A stretch of DNA of 59,949 nucleotides, counting the filler, from Sphacelaria rigidula (Eukaryota), in assembly GCA_964200075.2 (NCBI GenBank). It is 7 parts of 7 records of this genome, joined end to end, with 100 filler letters (N's around TTAATTAATTAA, not from the genome) between each part and the next. Parts side by side here need not be neighbours in the genome. Positions count along the whole stretch, not along the records: positions 34,317 to 42,794 come from CAXNAA020011012.1; positions 42,895 to 51,372 come from CAXNAA020011013.1; 5 more parts are not named here. One strand, written 5' to 3'. The notes beneath the pieces were generated by a model. The model saw only the letters and a program-made list of their open reading frames with translations, was not told where the DNA came from and did not search any database. The translations under genes were made by a program, and so were the position numbers. Shown in pieces: positions 35,701-48,782 of the stretch (positions are counted from its first letter, which is position 1; the number at the start of each line of letters is the position of its first letter).

Positions 35701-38700
35701 CAGCAGTCGTGACATGGGATAGTGCCCACTGTACATTGTACAACGTGCAACCTGCAGCGTTTGGAGGGGGGCAACCGGTGAAAGGAGGAGAAATTTTCGT
35801 CGCTTGTAGCTTGCTGGGTAAGAGGCCAACGGATGCGATATCCCGTGCCCGGAGGCTGCGATGCCCCACTGCTGCATCATGTATCATGAGTGCACGAGTG
35901 TGTAGTGTGGCATTTGTTGTTTCGATATGTCGTTTGGGGTGGCCTTGACAGTCAATGAGCGAAGGAAAGTCCTATGTTTCAACAAAAAAACAATCTCGAG
36001 GCTTCGAATACCCGAGTTGTACTCTTGTCATCCAAGGAGGCGCGCCTCTTGAGAGAATACTTCCACAATGCCCCAACAAAGACTTGAAGAAGGCGCATAA
36101 AGTACGCATATTTTCGCTGCAACAATCTTCAAATGGGGCCTGAAAGAAGGGGGAGAGTCTACAAAAAAAAGGAGCTTAATCAAAGGAAAAACGAGGTTAC
36201 GGAGCCAAAGCGTACATAGGATCGGTCCTGGCGGGGGTATATGAATGGCACAGCGGCGCGCGGTAAATTATTTTTCAACACGGTAATCCCGAGTGTACCA
36301 CGACTGACGCTTGTTCACACTCTGTGCGTTTATTCGTCCTCGTCTGTCATACGATCCGCCTCAGGTGAACCAACCGCGGCGAGGTGCTCTCCGAGGCTGT
36401 GACGGGTTGCACTGCGGATGGATGAAGACTTGTAGAAGATACGATCTAACTTTGAGCCACTGAAGTACCGGTAGCATTTGACGTCGTGCACGCCATTGCT
36501 GCACGCAATACCTGCACGTGTGGCGGCGGCGACGACGGGTGGTAAAAGAGTGGTTTCCTTTCGAATGTTTTGCACTGCAACTGAGTTCAGTCGTTGGGAT
36601 ATTTATCCCGCCGCCGTACACTTTGTCGAAGGTGTTGTCGTTCGAACCTCGTCGGCGGCCATGGAGAATGGAGACATCGCGAGATGTATTGAGTGTTGAT
36701 GACAGGTGTTTTTCCTGGGGACACGGCACATTTGGCAAGTGAATGTGGCGCTTTTGAAGCCTTCTCCAGCAAATTCCTCGCTCGCAATCATAAGTTGGCG
36801 CTTGCATCTCAGGGTCATTCATTCGCAGACCGAAAATAATGTACGAAGGATCTCCCCCGCTTCCGAGTACTACTCCCGAATTTTTGTTTTTTCTATTTCG
36901 ATTTTCTTCTTCTCGTAAAATTGCGACATGTGTGCGCTAAAGGTCCCCTGCATGGCGGGGCTTGTACTAGCTGGAATAACACGCCGCGACTTTTTCACGT
37001 CGGCGTTGATCAATGCACATTTTTTCGTTGTCACATGACTGCAATATCCCCCTCACATAGTTTGCTCGACTTCGCAGTCCCGGCGATGGGCACGGGCCAC
37101 CCACGGGCCTGCTGCGGCTACTGGGCACTCTTGCAGGCATCATCACTTGACGTTGGGTTCACAACATCACTATTTTTTTCGGAGAAGGCCGCCAAAATTG
37201 ATATTGTGAAATCCCGCTCCCGATGCGACTTCATTAGTGGCCGGAAAAATATGTTGTGGAAATGTGCCTTTGTCGGCTCCGCCGTCGTTTTTACCCGAAA
37301 GTAGGATCACGCGAGTGTTGACGCGTCGGAATGGGTTGTCTCATGCGTGTACACTATGGCAGAGCACTTTCATGACCTCCGTAGTATCACGTTTTCCGTG
37401 GGCCGAACCCGCATCATGAAGAAGAGGGGCGCTAACGCGAAAAACTCAAAAGCAAACCTCAGCACTTTCGGGCTTTCTGCGCGTCATGCTCATGTTTTTC
37501 GCGAAAGTTGCGTTCAGTAAGAAGGTATCAAATTGTAAAAATAATGACAGTTTTGTCGCTCTTTTTCTGTTTTAGACTTGGCCATTCATTACTGCAAATG
37601 AAAGTCCGGTCGGACAGGACCCTGTCACGTACGGAAGACGGAAAGGCGCTCTCGAACGATATAATCGAACACATGAACGTATTCACACTGATGAACATCC
37701 GCCGTAACCTCGTTCTCGGGGCAAAAATACGACAGAGAAGGGCGAGGAAGGGACTTGCCGATAAGATATTGTTTCGAGACATGAGAAGTGGCTAACAAAT
37801 ATTTGTTGTGTTTGAGTAAAATGAATTGAAGACATAGTAGACGTTCGTCAACCACCACTTTCGTGGTGGCAGCTACTGCAGCATTCCCGCTGGTCATACA
37901 CTACCGACACCGGCGCGCCAGTTGGAATGTATGTGGTGCCTCAGTCTGCAATATGCACTGCCATCGACTCCATTGAAACCAGAAAGCATGGGAAGGCCAG
38001 GTGCCCAACAAAAGTCGCTACGCGCACGCGGACCCTCCCGTCGTTGGCGTCCTACCCGACGGCGGGTAGCGGAAGGGGCTGCGGATGGTACGAGAGTACA
38101 GTAACTCATCGCGTTTCTAATATGCGGCGTAATCGGAACTCATGTATCGTTCGACCGTTTTACACAGTATTTTATTACTTTCGAAGCGTTTCTTTGCTTG
38201 TGCATTTCTCCACCGCGCCTGAAGTAATATGCATGAAACTTGGCACAGAGGTAAACCACAACACAGAAAGCATATTTTCAGATCGGCGGCGCGTTTTACG
38301 GGGTGACCTAGTAAAACGAAGCGAATATGGATTTGGGCGATCCCGTCTTTTCACCCTCAGAACGGTGTCCTCTCGGCCCAGATCGCGTGAGACGTCAGTG
38401 GATGCATATGTTGACACGCCGGTGCTCACTTCCACATCACGACCTTCTCAGCGGCTTCTATGTCGTCAAAAAAACATCGATTTGTTTGACGCACCTTGTG
38501 GATTATGACATTCTGCGCAGTACAAATCTTGGTATCGCCTATAGAGGAGCCCATTTCAGGAGGTGCAGCCGTGCACGCCCTGATAGCGCTTTTCCGCGCT
38601 GAAACTTCGACTGTATGTCACGTACACTACAGACAACCACCTCATGTTACTGGATTCGGGTCTGTGCGGTGCACCACTGCGTACTGCGGCGAAAAGAGGT

Positions 38701-38747
38701 CGGATTCTGTTCCGAATGAATAGATTTTGATTTTTTTGGCGTAAGAC

Positions 38748-39122
38748 TGCTTCGGTTTCAGCAAAATAGAAAATATCATCCACTCACACTTTACAGTTTA
38801 GACCTCGCAAACTGTCAGTCAGCACACCTTGAAATTACGCCGTGGCGTTCAACACGCCCTGTGGGACACGAGTGGGCGTAAACAAACGGTCAGGCGTGAC
38901 GATCGTGAAGATCTCCTGAGCCCCCGGCGCCACAGGCATCTGCCGATACCTCTGTAGCAGGTCCAACTTGCCGAAGCATTGGGCTCCCAGCAACTAACTC
39001 CCGGATGTCTTCTCGGGTTGTCATCACCACCGGAGACTGTTCCATCTGCGCATTCACCGCCTGGTAGTCGCTGACCAAACGGAATGTATCCCGCTTCGGC
39101 ACCGCCATCGCCGGACTCGCCT
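38748..39122 (-). pseudogene. Gypsy RT fragment, same family as the 18069-23850 element
   Basis: Aligns with ~20920-21270 (AVPKRDTFRLVSDYQAVN...VDDIFYFAETE). Confidence 0.9.
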
Positions 39123-40414
39123 AGGATTGACTATCGTCGAGCTGAACAATAGTGCATGTGTACGTGGATTCATCCGGGTACATGCGGTGCAGATTGATGA
39201 TATATCATGGGTACCGAATTCGGATTGTGTTATGACTTGATGTGTTATATATGAGAGAACCCGGCTTGCGGTCCTACCTCACACGATCAGTTGTGTTTTA
39301 GGGTGCATATCGGTCTTTGCATTTGGGTTGGAGGAAGTAGCTCGGGTGAAGCTTGCACGATTGATGTTTGGTGAGTGAAGGTTATACGGGTTTAATACAA
39401 GAAAAATGTATACACATTCCCCTGTGTGATATGATGTGACTGCAGGACGTAGCCATGATCTTGGGCAAAAGTGACATTGAATGATGAACATTTTCATATT
39501 CAAATAGCGGGATTTTGGCTACCCGTTGGGTTGACGTTCTACGGAGAGTATGTATTTGAATTCGAAAAAAAAGGTAGTGACCCAATCATGGCATGTATTG
39601 AGGAGCTCGGCTCTTGGATTTTATGGTATGACCACAGCTTATGATGATTATGGGGCAGCGAAACACGTTTGAAGCTGTAAGCAGTTCCAACGAGCTCACT
39701 CTCTTCTCATCTCCGGTTTTTGGCTACAACCCAATAGTTTCCCATTGGAGTATCTACAAACCGCGAGAAAGTGAGTCCCAGGGATAAGAGCAGTAGTCGG
39801 GCTGCTGTTTTGTCTGGTGTGTTTTATTGATTGAGGCTTCGGCTTGTTTCGGTTTGTGTTGTATTTGTGTGCTGTAGATAAAGCTGTAGATGAAGCTTGG
39901 ATACAATCAATTGCGTGAAAAAATACGGTGCTACGCTCGTCTGTAATTGCTTGTTGTCTCTTTGTGTGAAATACATGAGAGCGACTGTGGTCAGCCTGCG
40001 CTGCCGAGCTGAGTAAACAGACAACGTACACTGAGGTCTGAACCTGGAACAACCGTGGTGAACACCATTGCACTCTTCTCAAGGTGCCTCACCCATATTA
40101 CATCACAGTTGGAGCTCCCGCACTGCCTCTGCTGTACGATGTTTCGAGTTGCGTTGTGTTCGGACTGCCGAGCTGCCGTGTATACTACACTGCCACTGTG
40201 TGCCTTGCATGCGCATCCCTTTTGTTTGTTCATCGTCTAGCCGTCAGTAGCTGTTGCTCACTCCCAACCACCACCTTCTAAAACAAACCAACGCCCATGG
40301 AGTCCTGCGTCCATGGCCTCTACTGGGGAGATCATGTTCGCACACACCCCAGGCGCATTCAACAGTGGTTTTCTAAGCTGGCCCTTCGTGACGGAAATTT
40401 GGCCGGAAGTGTTT

Positions 40415-40745
40415 GAGTCATCCTACGATAGGGGGGGGGGGCGTACTCATTTGTTGCTTGCCTTAGTCGTTTGACCATTGACCACGCATCCCTTTCGAGA
40501 CGGAGCAATAGGGGGGGGGGGTATTTGGTTGCACGAAAAAAAAGGCTTATAAGTGTGTCAGATGACCTGCAACACTCACGATGCGCTTGTATTAGGTTTA
40601 CAACGGTGTCAATCGGTATGAACGAGCGTTATGTATCTATTATAAGCTCGTTCGAGCAACCGTTGCTGATTTCAGTGGTGATTTGTCTTGGAATATCGTG
40701 CAAGAAATGGCCCAAAATACCCCCCCCCCTATCGTAGGGTGACTC
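40415..40745. mobile_element. MITE family B (TIR GAGTCA(T/C)CCTACGATA-G tract-TATTT) carrying a C-tailed LINE fragment at 40442-40507
   Basis: TIRs at both ends with GTTT/ATTT flanks. The insert is bounded by duplicated ATA-G11 (40428-40441 and 40508-40521). Confidence 0.88.
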
Positions 40746-40889
40746 ATTTCAGGTAAGCACTTCGATGAACACAACAGATCCCCCCCCTATGGGCCAGTAA
40801 CGGAGACCCTAACCTTCGATCAGATGAAACTCGCCGCTGCAAAGATCACTGCCTGAACTGTGACACTTGGGCAGTTTGGCCCCACGATC

Positions 40890-42794
40890 GGCAATGGAGA
40901 AAATTGTACGAGAGCAGCTCGACACATTGTCAAAGTCACCAATTCTGATTTTTCCAGACTGGTCAGCTGCTGAAAATGGCTCCCGTCCGTTCCGACTGCA
41001 CACGGATTCTTCCAAAATTGGGTTTGGCTGCACACTGAAACAGGAACAAGACGATGCTAGTGTTCGCCCCATTGTATATCTGAGCCGAACCACCTACCCA
41101 AACGAACAGAACTGGTCCGTTATGGAACAAGAAGCAGGTGCAATTGTTTGGGGAGTGCGCCGACTCCGGCAATATTTGTATGACCTCCCGTTTGTGATCT
41201 ATACAGATCATAAGTCTTTGGAAAACCTCGCCAAAATGGCGGAACACAACGCCCGGGTTCAACGCTGGTTTGAAATCCTGTCTTCCTACAGCTCCACGTT
41301 GAAGTACCGCACAGATCCCCAAAACGCAAACGCCGACTTCCTGTCACGCTTGCCCTTACCAGCCCAACCCATCGACAATTCCGCCTTGGGTCGCATCACA
41401 GATCCCACCGAAGACGTTGTATATTTCATAAGCACAAATGGTCATCGCGGACCCTATACACCACTCTCACTGAACCACAACTCGGCACTTGTTGAAACCA
41501 AGCTGACGCCTTCGGCTCACGCTTCTGTACTGGGCAGTTTGGCCCCACGATCGTTGTGTTCACTTAGGAGTGAAATTCGTGCAACCACCGGCGGGTATGA
41601 TCAATTTCGTGCATCTGGTCATTGGATGGTTTGCACTGTAGAGCCGGTTTCTACTGACTACGTCCTCCCGGTTCAAGTCCGAGACCTCCTCTCGAGCCGG
41701 ACCCGAGGACGCCGGGCCGCGGAAACGGCTGCCGCCGTGGCAGCAGCCGACCCAGACCTCCCAATCCCCAACCCCATTCCAGTTACCGATAGCCTCCTTG
41801 CGCCCCCGTTACCTCCACGGCGCAAAGCCCCCAGAAAATCGACACCTTCCAAACCACCTCTGCCCACCATAGTCGAGACCTCGACTGTGCCTCCTTTACC
41901 CCGTGATGGTACCACCTCCGGTACCACACCATCCGACACCCTCCAAAACGTGGGAATAGAGGTGGACGTTACCTTTGAGAATACACTGACCACCCCCTCT
42001 GACCTTGATCCAAATAACGCCTCGTATCCATCCCACAGCGAATCGATCCCCTGCGTTTTGGACAACCCCTCCGACAGTGTATTCAAGGAACTGACCCTCT
42101 TTTCTCACGCCGATTGGGCCCGGGAACAGCAAGCTGAACCTGCTTGTAATGCAGCTATACATTATCTATCCAAAGGATGCCCCTCCCCCTTTCCAGAAAC
42201 TAAGTTCCTTGTGCCAGTAGGGCCCCACCGAGCCCCCACACAGGATGAAGTTACTGAATTATCGCGTAAAGGCACGCTTTATACGGATGATGATGGCGTT
42301 GTTCTTTTAGTTCACCGGCCCCACACGAACCCTCCTGGAGGGAAACCTACAAGTAGTCACGCCCGTTTGTTGGGTGATGCCCCCGCACGTATTTATGTTC
42401 CGATGCTTCTGCGTCCATGGGTTCTCCATGAATACCACTCACAAGCATCCACACATCTGGGCGTCGCTAGGACCTCCCAGATGCTTCATCGTTTTTTTGG
42501 TGGATTTGTATGGACCAATGTGTGCGTTGGTGGGTTCGGCGGTGTCTTCTTTGCCAAGCACGCAAAACTTCGCGTCAAACAGTTAGATGGCCGGTAATCT
42601 CTATGCCCCTTCCCAATGGGCCTGGTGAAATAGTTTCATGGGACTACTTTGGCCCCCTGCCCCTCACTGATAGTGGTAACAAGTACATTTTGTTGTTTAC
42701 GGATCGGTTCAGTCGACATGCTGTGATGAATGCTGTTTCGGAGGCCAACTATAGTGCAGAAGGGACTGCCAACGTCCTTGTGTACACATACATC
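40890..42794 (+). mobile_element. Ty3/gypsy pol fragment (RNase H + long linker + integrase), truncated by contig end
   Basis: RNase H PFRLHTDSSKIGFG...RPIVYLSR...YTDHKSL...NADFLSR. Integrase H...HLG...CLLCQARK and WDYFGPLP...YILLFTDRFSR. Frameshift at the T7 run 42492-42498. Confidence 0.93.
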
Positions 42795-44153
42795 NNNNNN
42801 NNNNNNNNNNNNNNNNNNNNNNNNNNNNNNNNNNNNNNTTAATTAATTAANNNNNNNNNNNNNNNNNNNNNNNNNNNNNNNNNNNNNNNNNNNNTTCGCG
42901 TTTCTGGCCATTTTTCGTACCTTTCTCAGGCAAAAAACGAGAAGGTATACCTTTCCTAGGCCATTGCCCAAAGAGAAAGTACACACAAGCTGGGCCGGCC
43001 TAGAAGCGAACTTAGGCTCTCAAAGCAATATGTCATTGACATGGACCAGCTAGGCCGTGGTCCGCATATCGTATTAATCATCTGATCAAGAGGACGGTGC
43101 CCATAAATCTGGGCCAACTTTTTGCCGTGGACTAAATCCCATGTCTTGTAGTCCCTATAATATACCGTACGGAGATAGCGTCCATACTAAAGTCTATATG
43201 AAACCCCGAACGATAGGTACAGCGGATGATGACGAGTTTTGGTGTGGACATTCCCGGGAGCACAGGGAAACGATCGATACCCTTACTTCAGCCTAATTCG
43301 TTATCTATTTCGAGATATGGCGCGCGCAAGGTTCCCATACTAAAATCAATACATTTCGAGCAGAGGCAAAAAATGCACAGAATCTGGATATTGCGTCTCA
43401 GGTTTTGGAATTTGGGCTTTGAAGCTTCGTATGGAGAATCGCTAGTGCAATAATAATAAAAAAAACAGCCTTTTTCGCTTTTTTTTCCTTTTTTTAGGGG
43501 AGTTTGAAGGAAAAATGGACAATGCTCTCGGACCTCCTCTCAATTTTTCAGCTTGAATAGTAGAACTGAGGTTTGAAACTTACTATGGAGATATGGCAAA
43601 GGCATGCCGAACAAAAAAAAAGGCGGGGCCCTCATTTTTCCCTCGGAAAGGTAAGGGCGTTCTCGTGAAAAAATGGTATTTACCATACTGAAACGCCCTA
43701 AACCAGTGGGTATGAAGATAAAAATAAACCTGACCCACTTTTGTACACAAACACCAAACGTGGGCCGGTGAGTGAGTGGCCTGCAAGATACTGTTCCGAA
43801 TTTCTACCGACCCGGCTTTTAAACGGCCCATTCGCCGGCCCCTATTCAGAGTTGGACCCTGACATTTGGTATGGACCATGAATGGGGCATAAAAAAAAAT
43901 ACGAGTGTCCCCACATAATTTTTTCTTCATGGGTTGAAGGCAATTATTATTACTATTACTCCCGCACACTAGCCCGATCTCACGAAACTGTGGTCACAGA
44001 CGTAGGCTGGCCTTTACAAGACATGGAGCTCTGATCGTTCCTTCCGAGACTCCAGAAACAACGAAAACGAAAACGAAAACGGAACAAACAAATGAAGAAA
44101 ACACAAGGAGAGAGACGTCACGGGAACATAGAATAAATAGCTTCCAGGTTCAC

Positions 44154-44319
44154 CTTTTGCGGCGATGACCACTCTTGGAATGTGGAGGACTCGCTGTCTT
44201 CCGGTTGCGTATTGCCGTCCGCGGATGCTGCCAACCAATTCTCCGCCAGCGCCTTGCTCTCCTGGCACAGGGTTTCGTTGAACTTAGGCGTTTCCACCGG
44301 CATGCCCGCTTCGTAGAAC
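44154..44319 (-). CDS. LTA4H: Leukotriene A4 hydrolase-like M1 aminopeptidase, internal exon (FYEAGMPVETPKFNETLCQESKALAENW...)
   Basis: GCAG acceptor, AAG|GTGAAC donor. Splices in phase to exon 51087-51182, giving FNWDAWFYEAGMP, which matches the LTA4H-family DWxxWxYxPGxP-xxPxF/Y junction into the C-terminal domain. Confidence 0.85.
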
Positions 44320-44343
44320 CTGCCCAAAGTTTTTTTCGTCACA

Positions 44344-44388
44344 TGTGTATGTATGTATGTATGTATGTATGTATGTATGCATGTATGT
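44344..44388. repeat. (GTAT)n microsatellite
   Basis: About 10 tetranucleotide units. Confidence 0.95.
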
Positions 44389-45105
44389 TTCGTTGGCCCA
44401 CGAGCATCGAGAGTAGTCTTGATGGATTTTGTGTCGAACAGATGATGATAAATATTATGCGCGTTTTGTAATATTTGAATAATGTTTTCATTTCAACGTG
44501 TTCATCAAACTCTCCAACTTCATGTTTGGTATCATCATCCAAACATGATCACCACGAACTACTGTAACTACGATTATATCTTATATAAATATGTCGTCAT
44601 CACCCGAAGCTTATTTCTCCTTCCAAGGTCTTCATTGAATACCCCGACCATGTGCTCAATGTCATCATCCAAGCACTTGTCATTACGTTCTGTACGACGA
44701 CTATTTCAGTATTTCAGTACGGTATGTCGGCGTCATCGAAAGATTACTTTTTTCCTTGGAGTTTCTTGATAAAAAAATATCTAGATTTGTAGAGGACAAC
44801 AGCACGAGCAACGGCAGCACCCTTCAAAAGCACGCTTGTATATACACAGAGTTTCAATGGCATGGTCGGAAAGAGTTGGGGCATCTTCAAGTCGCTTCTC
44901 GTGAGCATTTTCACCGAATCGAGTTCGTTCGAGAAATACCCAGCAAATGTGCTCTCGAGCACATTTCCCAGCGGTTTATTACTGCAAATCCGTACACTTA
45001 TTTTGTGGTATTTTGTTTGTCACCCTAGTAGCAATGGGAATGGATATTGTAAAAACCTGTCGTTTCGAACGGCGATGTTCATAAATAAATATATATGCGG
45101 TGACC

Positions 45106-45818
45106 GGTGACCCCGGTGGCTCAGTTGGTAATCTCGACACGTTCAGACCACGGCTGGACCCGTGGGGGGTCAGTTAAAGTGCGACAGTCAATCAAATCAA
45201 TCATCTGACGGTTGGGTCGTGGGTTCGAAACTCGGTGCAGTCACATGACTTGGGATTTTTTCTCACACCATGCCCAACAGTGGAGAGCGACCACGTATAA
45301 CAGTGTTTTCGGGAGATTGAGAGTAGAGGATACGATTGAGAGTGAGGAGTGGTCAATTAATGAATGGATCGTTTCAGTTCCGAAATGACCCCTCCGCGAG
45401 GCCCTTCTGTAGTAGCTTGCCACTGAAGTCCTTGATATCCCTGAGTAGGATATGGACATGTAGCTGTAAGGACACGACGGTGTTACAAGCAAAGAAAAGC
45501 GCACACGAAATAAAGAACTGGTTCGGTTGAAGCGAATGATAAAAACCCACTCTCAATATCACGAAACCGTTGTTGTATATCGTGGGTACGCAAAAATTGA
45601 CGTCACCGTCGGCGAGGAAAACGGACTGCTGAACCCCTTTCGCGAAAAAACAAGGCGAGCACCGCAGGAGAAAGGTGAAGTACTAAAACAAATAAAGTGA
45701 AGAAATAAATAAAATGCTGTGTTGATCCTCCTCATACGTGACCCTGGCTGCATGATGCACCTGCATGTACCAGAGGGCGTGGACTGGCGTGCAGAATAGA
45801 TGGGATGACGACACACAC
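45106..45818 (+). mobile_element. tRNA-derived SINE, copy 4, interrupted by an (AATC)-tailed fragment (45146-45203) and a TIR element (~45298-45575)
   Basis: A box at ~45115-45130 and B box GGTTCGAAA at ~45222. Inner TIRs AACAGTGTTTTCGGGAGATTGAGAGT / ACTCTCAATATCACGAAACCGTTGTT are TA-flanked. The SINE body resumes at ~45580. Confidence 0.82.
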
Positions 45819-46124
45819 TGAGAGAGAGAAATACGTACTATTGTAGTAGCTCGTATGTTACATTGGAATATAGGTACACTATGACCTAACCGTAAGCAGC
45901 ACACGATAGCACACGTGTGCGGCAGAGGTGATGATTTTCGGAATATTTCTTCCATGTGGCCAAGATATCAGTCGTTTTCCATAAGCATTGCCCCCGCTGT
46001 CTAACAACACATCACAGCCACCGAGACAACACTTTCATCACGCCACCCAGTACCGAGGTAATTGCACTGCACTGTATAGTCGGGCTACGTATGGTGAGGG
46101 TGGACAAAACGAGTGATGCAGCAG

Positions 46125-46340
46125 TAGCCTCCACCCCCAGAAAAATGGCTGGTTTGGGGAGGCAAATTCTAATTCTACATGTAAATCAAAAGGACAAAGA
46201 CCGAGCAAATCGAGCACCCTGCTGGGAACTCCCACGTTTGCGATCATTTTCGCCAATGTCGCCCATATGAGGCGCTTCGTGCAGTCTGAAACCAGCTACG
46301 ATGCGCTGTTCGCCATTTTCTTGGTGACATTTTGGGCCTT
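46125..46340. mobile_element. Diverged MITE family A copy
   Basis: CGCCAATGTCGCCCATATGAGGCGCTTCGTGCAGTCTGAA aligns with 1622-1662 and 54900-54940. Confidence 0.6.
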
Positions 46341-47581
46341 TTCATTCTTCTTTCTCTATTGTTTGTTTCTTCTTTTCTTCTTTTCTTCTCTCTTCTTCTC
46401 TTTTCTTCCTCTCTCTCTCTCTCTTTTTTTTGGGGGGGGGGGGCACAGGCCCACAGATAGGGACTGCGAACATGAGTGGCAAGATTTTTTCATCTATCAG
46501 AGGCTTTCGAAGTACGGAAACGCGGCGACCTTACACCGGTCGGATGAGAAAAACGAGTGTAATTTTGAGTAAAAAAATGCTCTTATTGCCTCACACATTG
46601 CGTCGCTGCGAGTCAGACAGCTGCTACCATCGATCGCTGGGGATCCAGCAGCTCCGTGCTGGCTCAGTTCGTTTGCCCAAACCTGCACGCGTCCGCCTTG
46701 CGTGTCTTGCCCGATCACAGCACCCGACTACAACTGAAGTACCAAAGAAGACGCAACAGACAGCTGCACAGCCGTCACGTAATCGTTTCGACGTTGTTTG
46801 GACAGCACTCTGACCCCACCCCAGTTCCGTACAGACCGAAGCACGGCATGCACCAGTACGACTGCTCAGGCATCTCCAGCGCACATTACACCATCTACGT
46901 CGTAGAGTGTTCAAGTGCACAGCAGCACAGCGACAACTACAACATAGAAATGATGAATGTGGGAAGCGCCTTGTTTGTTGGACGGAAGATTAAATAGCCA
47001 GAGCACACTACGAAGCTTTCAAGAGTGTGTAGACAGGCAGCACTGCAGTGCCAACCGACATTATTTTTTCCCCTTATTTTCTGAAAAGACGATCGCAGTG
47101 ACAGTAAGGCAACTCAAGCAGCCCCAGCGGAGACCAAACCGCCTTCGCAAAGGTCTGAACAAACACACCACAGCGCAGTGACAGCCACAGCACATGAGAG
47201 AGGGGCGCGAGCGTGTTTATGCTGCAGCACAGTGAGACAGGACTTGTCCCATGTGACAGTTCGTCCCCTGATTTCAGACGGATCCTCCACTTGTTCCGAG
47301 AGCCGATTTTCGAAAGCTCGGCCATAACCGCGCTAGCGCGAAAATCGTTGAATTCACTTTGAGTTACCCCTATCTGTGGAAGGTGAGCCTTTTGGTGGGG
47401 GGAGCTTTCGCGACATCACTCAGACGTTTTGTGGGTCGGCGTACGGGAGATAGATACAGACTTCCTCGCGCACTCACTTCTGGTGCAGCTAGAACGAAGT
47501 TGCGTCTGAACGCAAGGCGATCCTCCCGCTGGCGAACATCACAAATTTTCACACCCTGGACAATAAATAAACATGATATAA

Positions 47582-48640
47582 CACGTGATTTCACAAATTG
47601 GGGATGGAGTTTTTTTCATTGAAGATGAGAACCCGGAGAGTGAAAATGTTTGTATCCACACCACGCCTGCTCCCTGCGGGGGTAGGTCGAGGACCGCTAG
47701 TGATCTCAGACCATACACCAAGACCATCGAACCGACAAAGACGGAGCAGGGAAAGGCAACGGGCACGAGCCCGAGCATCGTGTCGGCGTGGACCCTGAGT
47801 TTGGGGCCATAGGAGATCCAGGGGTTGTGAGACACAGTGTATCTCATATCGCACTAAACTTTTCAGATACCACCTCCTTCCCCCGACTGCCCATACTGGG
47901 ACGGGCAGAAGTCCGCCTGCGATCTTAGACCACCATCCGAAGATCATCCAACGACGGCGGAGACACGAGCCCGAGCCTCGTATCGACGGGGAGACTAAGT
48001 TAAGAAGATGAGAGACACCACGATCACGGGAGTGGCGTGTGCTTCGTTTCGGAACAACTCGGTGGCGGCATGCGGCTAAACGCCAAAGCACTGGTCTGGA
48101 CACCGGGGCTATGCAGCAGCGGAGAGCGCAGTGGGGGACAGCCTAGACAGGAATGGAGAGGGATCGTGTGGGTACGCACACCAGGAGCGAGGAAGGAGTA
48201 GAGTCGGACAGAGCAGGAGAGTTGCACCTGCCTGTGAAAAAAAAACGAGCACCGGGCTAGCAATAGCCGGAGAGTCCAAAAACAACACCAAATCTTCGAA
48301 ATATGATTCTATTTCTTCACTTGCTGGTAGCTATTGACAACTACTACACGTCGTAGAAATGTGGATTTCGATAACCGAAATATTGGGGTCCTAGGTGTAA
48401 AACCAATTTTGGGGTATTTTGGTGATCCGATCGGATTCCCCAAAAATAGTTCTTGACCTAGGACCCCCATATTCCGGCCATCGAAATCCACATTTGCATG
48501 ACGTGCAGTAGTTGTCAATAGCTACCAGCAAGTGGAGAAATGGAACCATATTTCCACGATTCGGTGTGGATACGAATATCTTCATTCTCCGGGTTCTTGT
48601 CCCCATTGAAAAATCCATCCCCAACTTGTAAAAACCCGTG
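47582..48640. mobile_element. Long foldback MITE (family C) with a 621-bp insertion (47664-48284)
   Basis: The arms match the intact copy at 57697-58136. The insert is flanked by ACACCA (47658-47663 and 48285-48290), and TAA flanks both ends of the MITE. Confidence 0.85.
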
Positions 48641-48642
48641 TA

Positions 48643-48782
48643 ATATGGTCAACAGATGCAAAAGACAAAAATGTACTAGATAAATTATAGGCCTATTACG
48701 AATATTCTCGGCCGACAATAGTTACAATGGGTCCATACTATAAGCAGTACATTTATTGTCTATTGCATCTATTGACCATATA
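48643..48782. mobile_element. Small MITE with ~35-bp TIRs
   Basis: ATATGGTCAACAGATGCAAAAGACAAAAATGTACT / AGTACATTTATTGTCTATTGCATCTATTGACCATAT. Confidence 0.75.

Noticed and set aside
42492-42498. Programmed ribosomal frameshift in gypsy pol
   Set aside because: It falls inside the integrase zinc-finger region rather than at a gag-pol junction. A one-base homopolymer loss (mutation or sequencing error) is the simpler explanation.
44744-44962. Additional LTA4H exon
   Set aside because: Exons 51087-51182 and 44154-44319 already join seamlessly through the split Trp codon, leaving no gap to fill.
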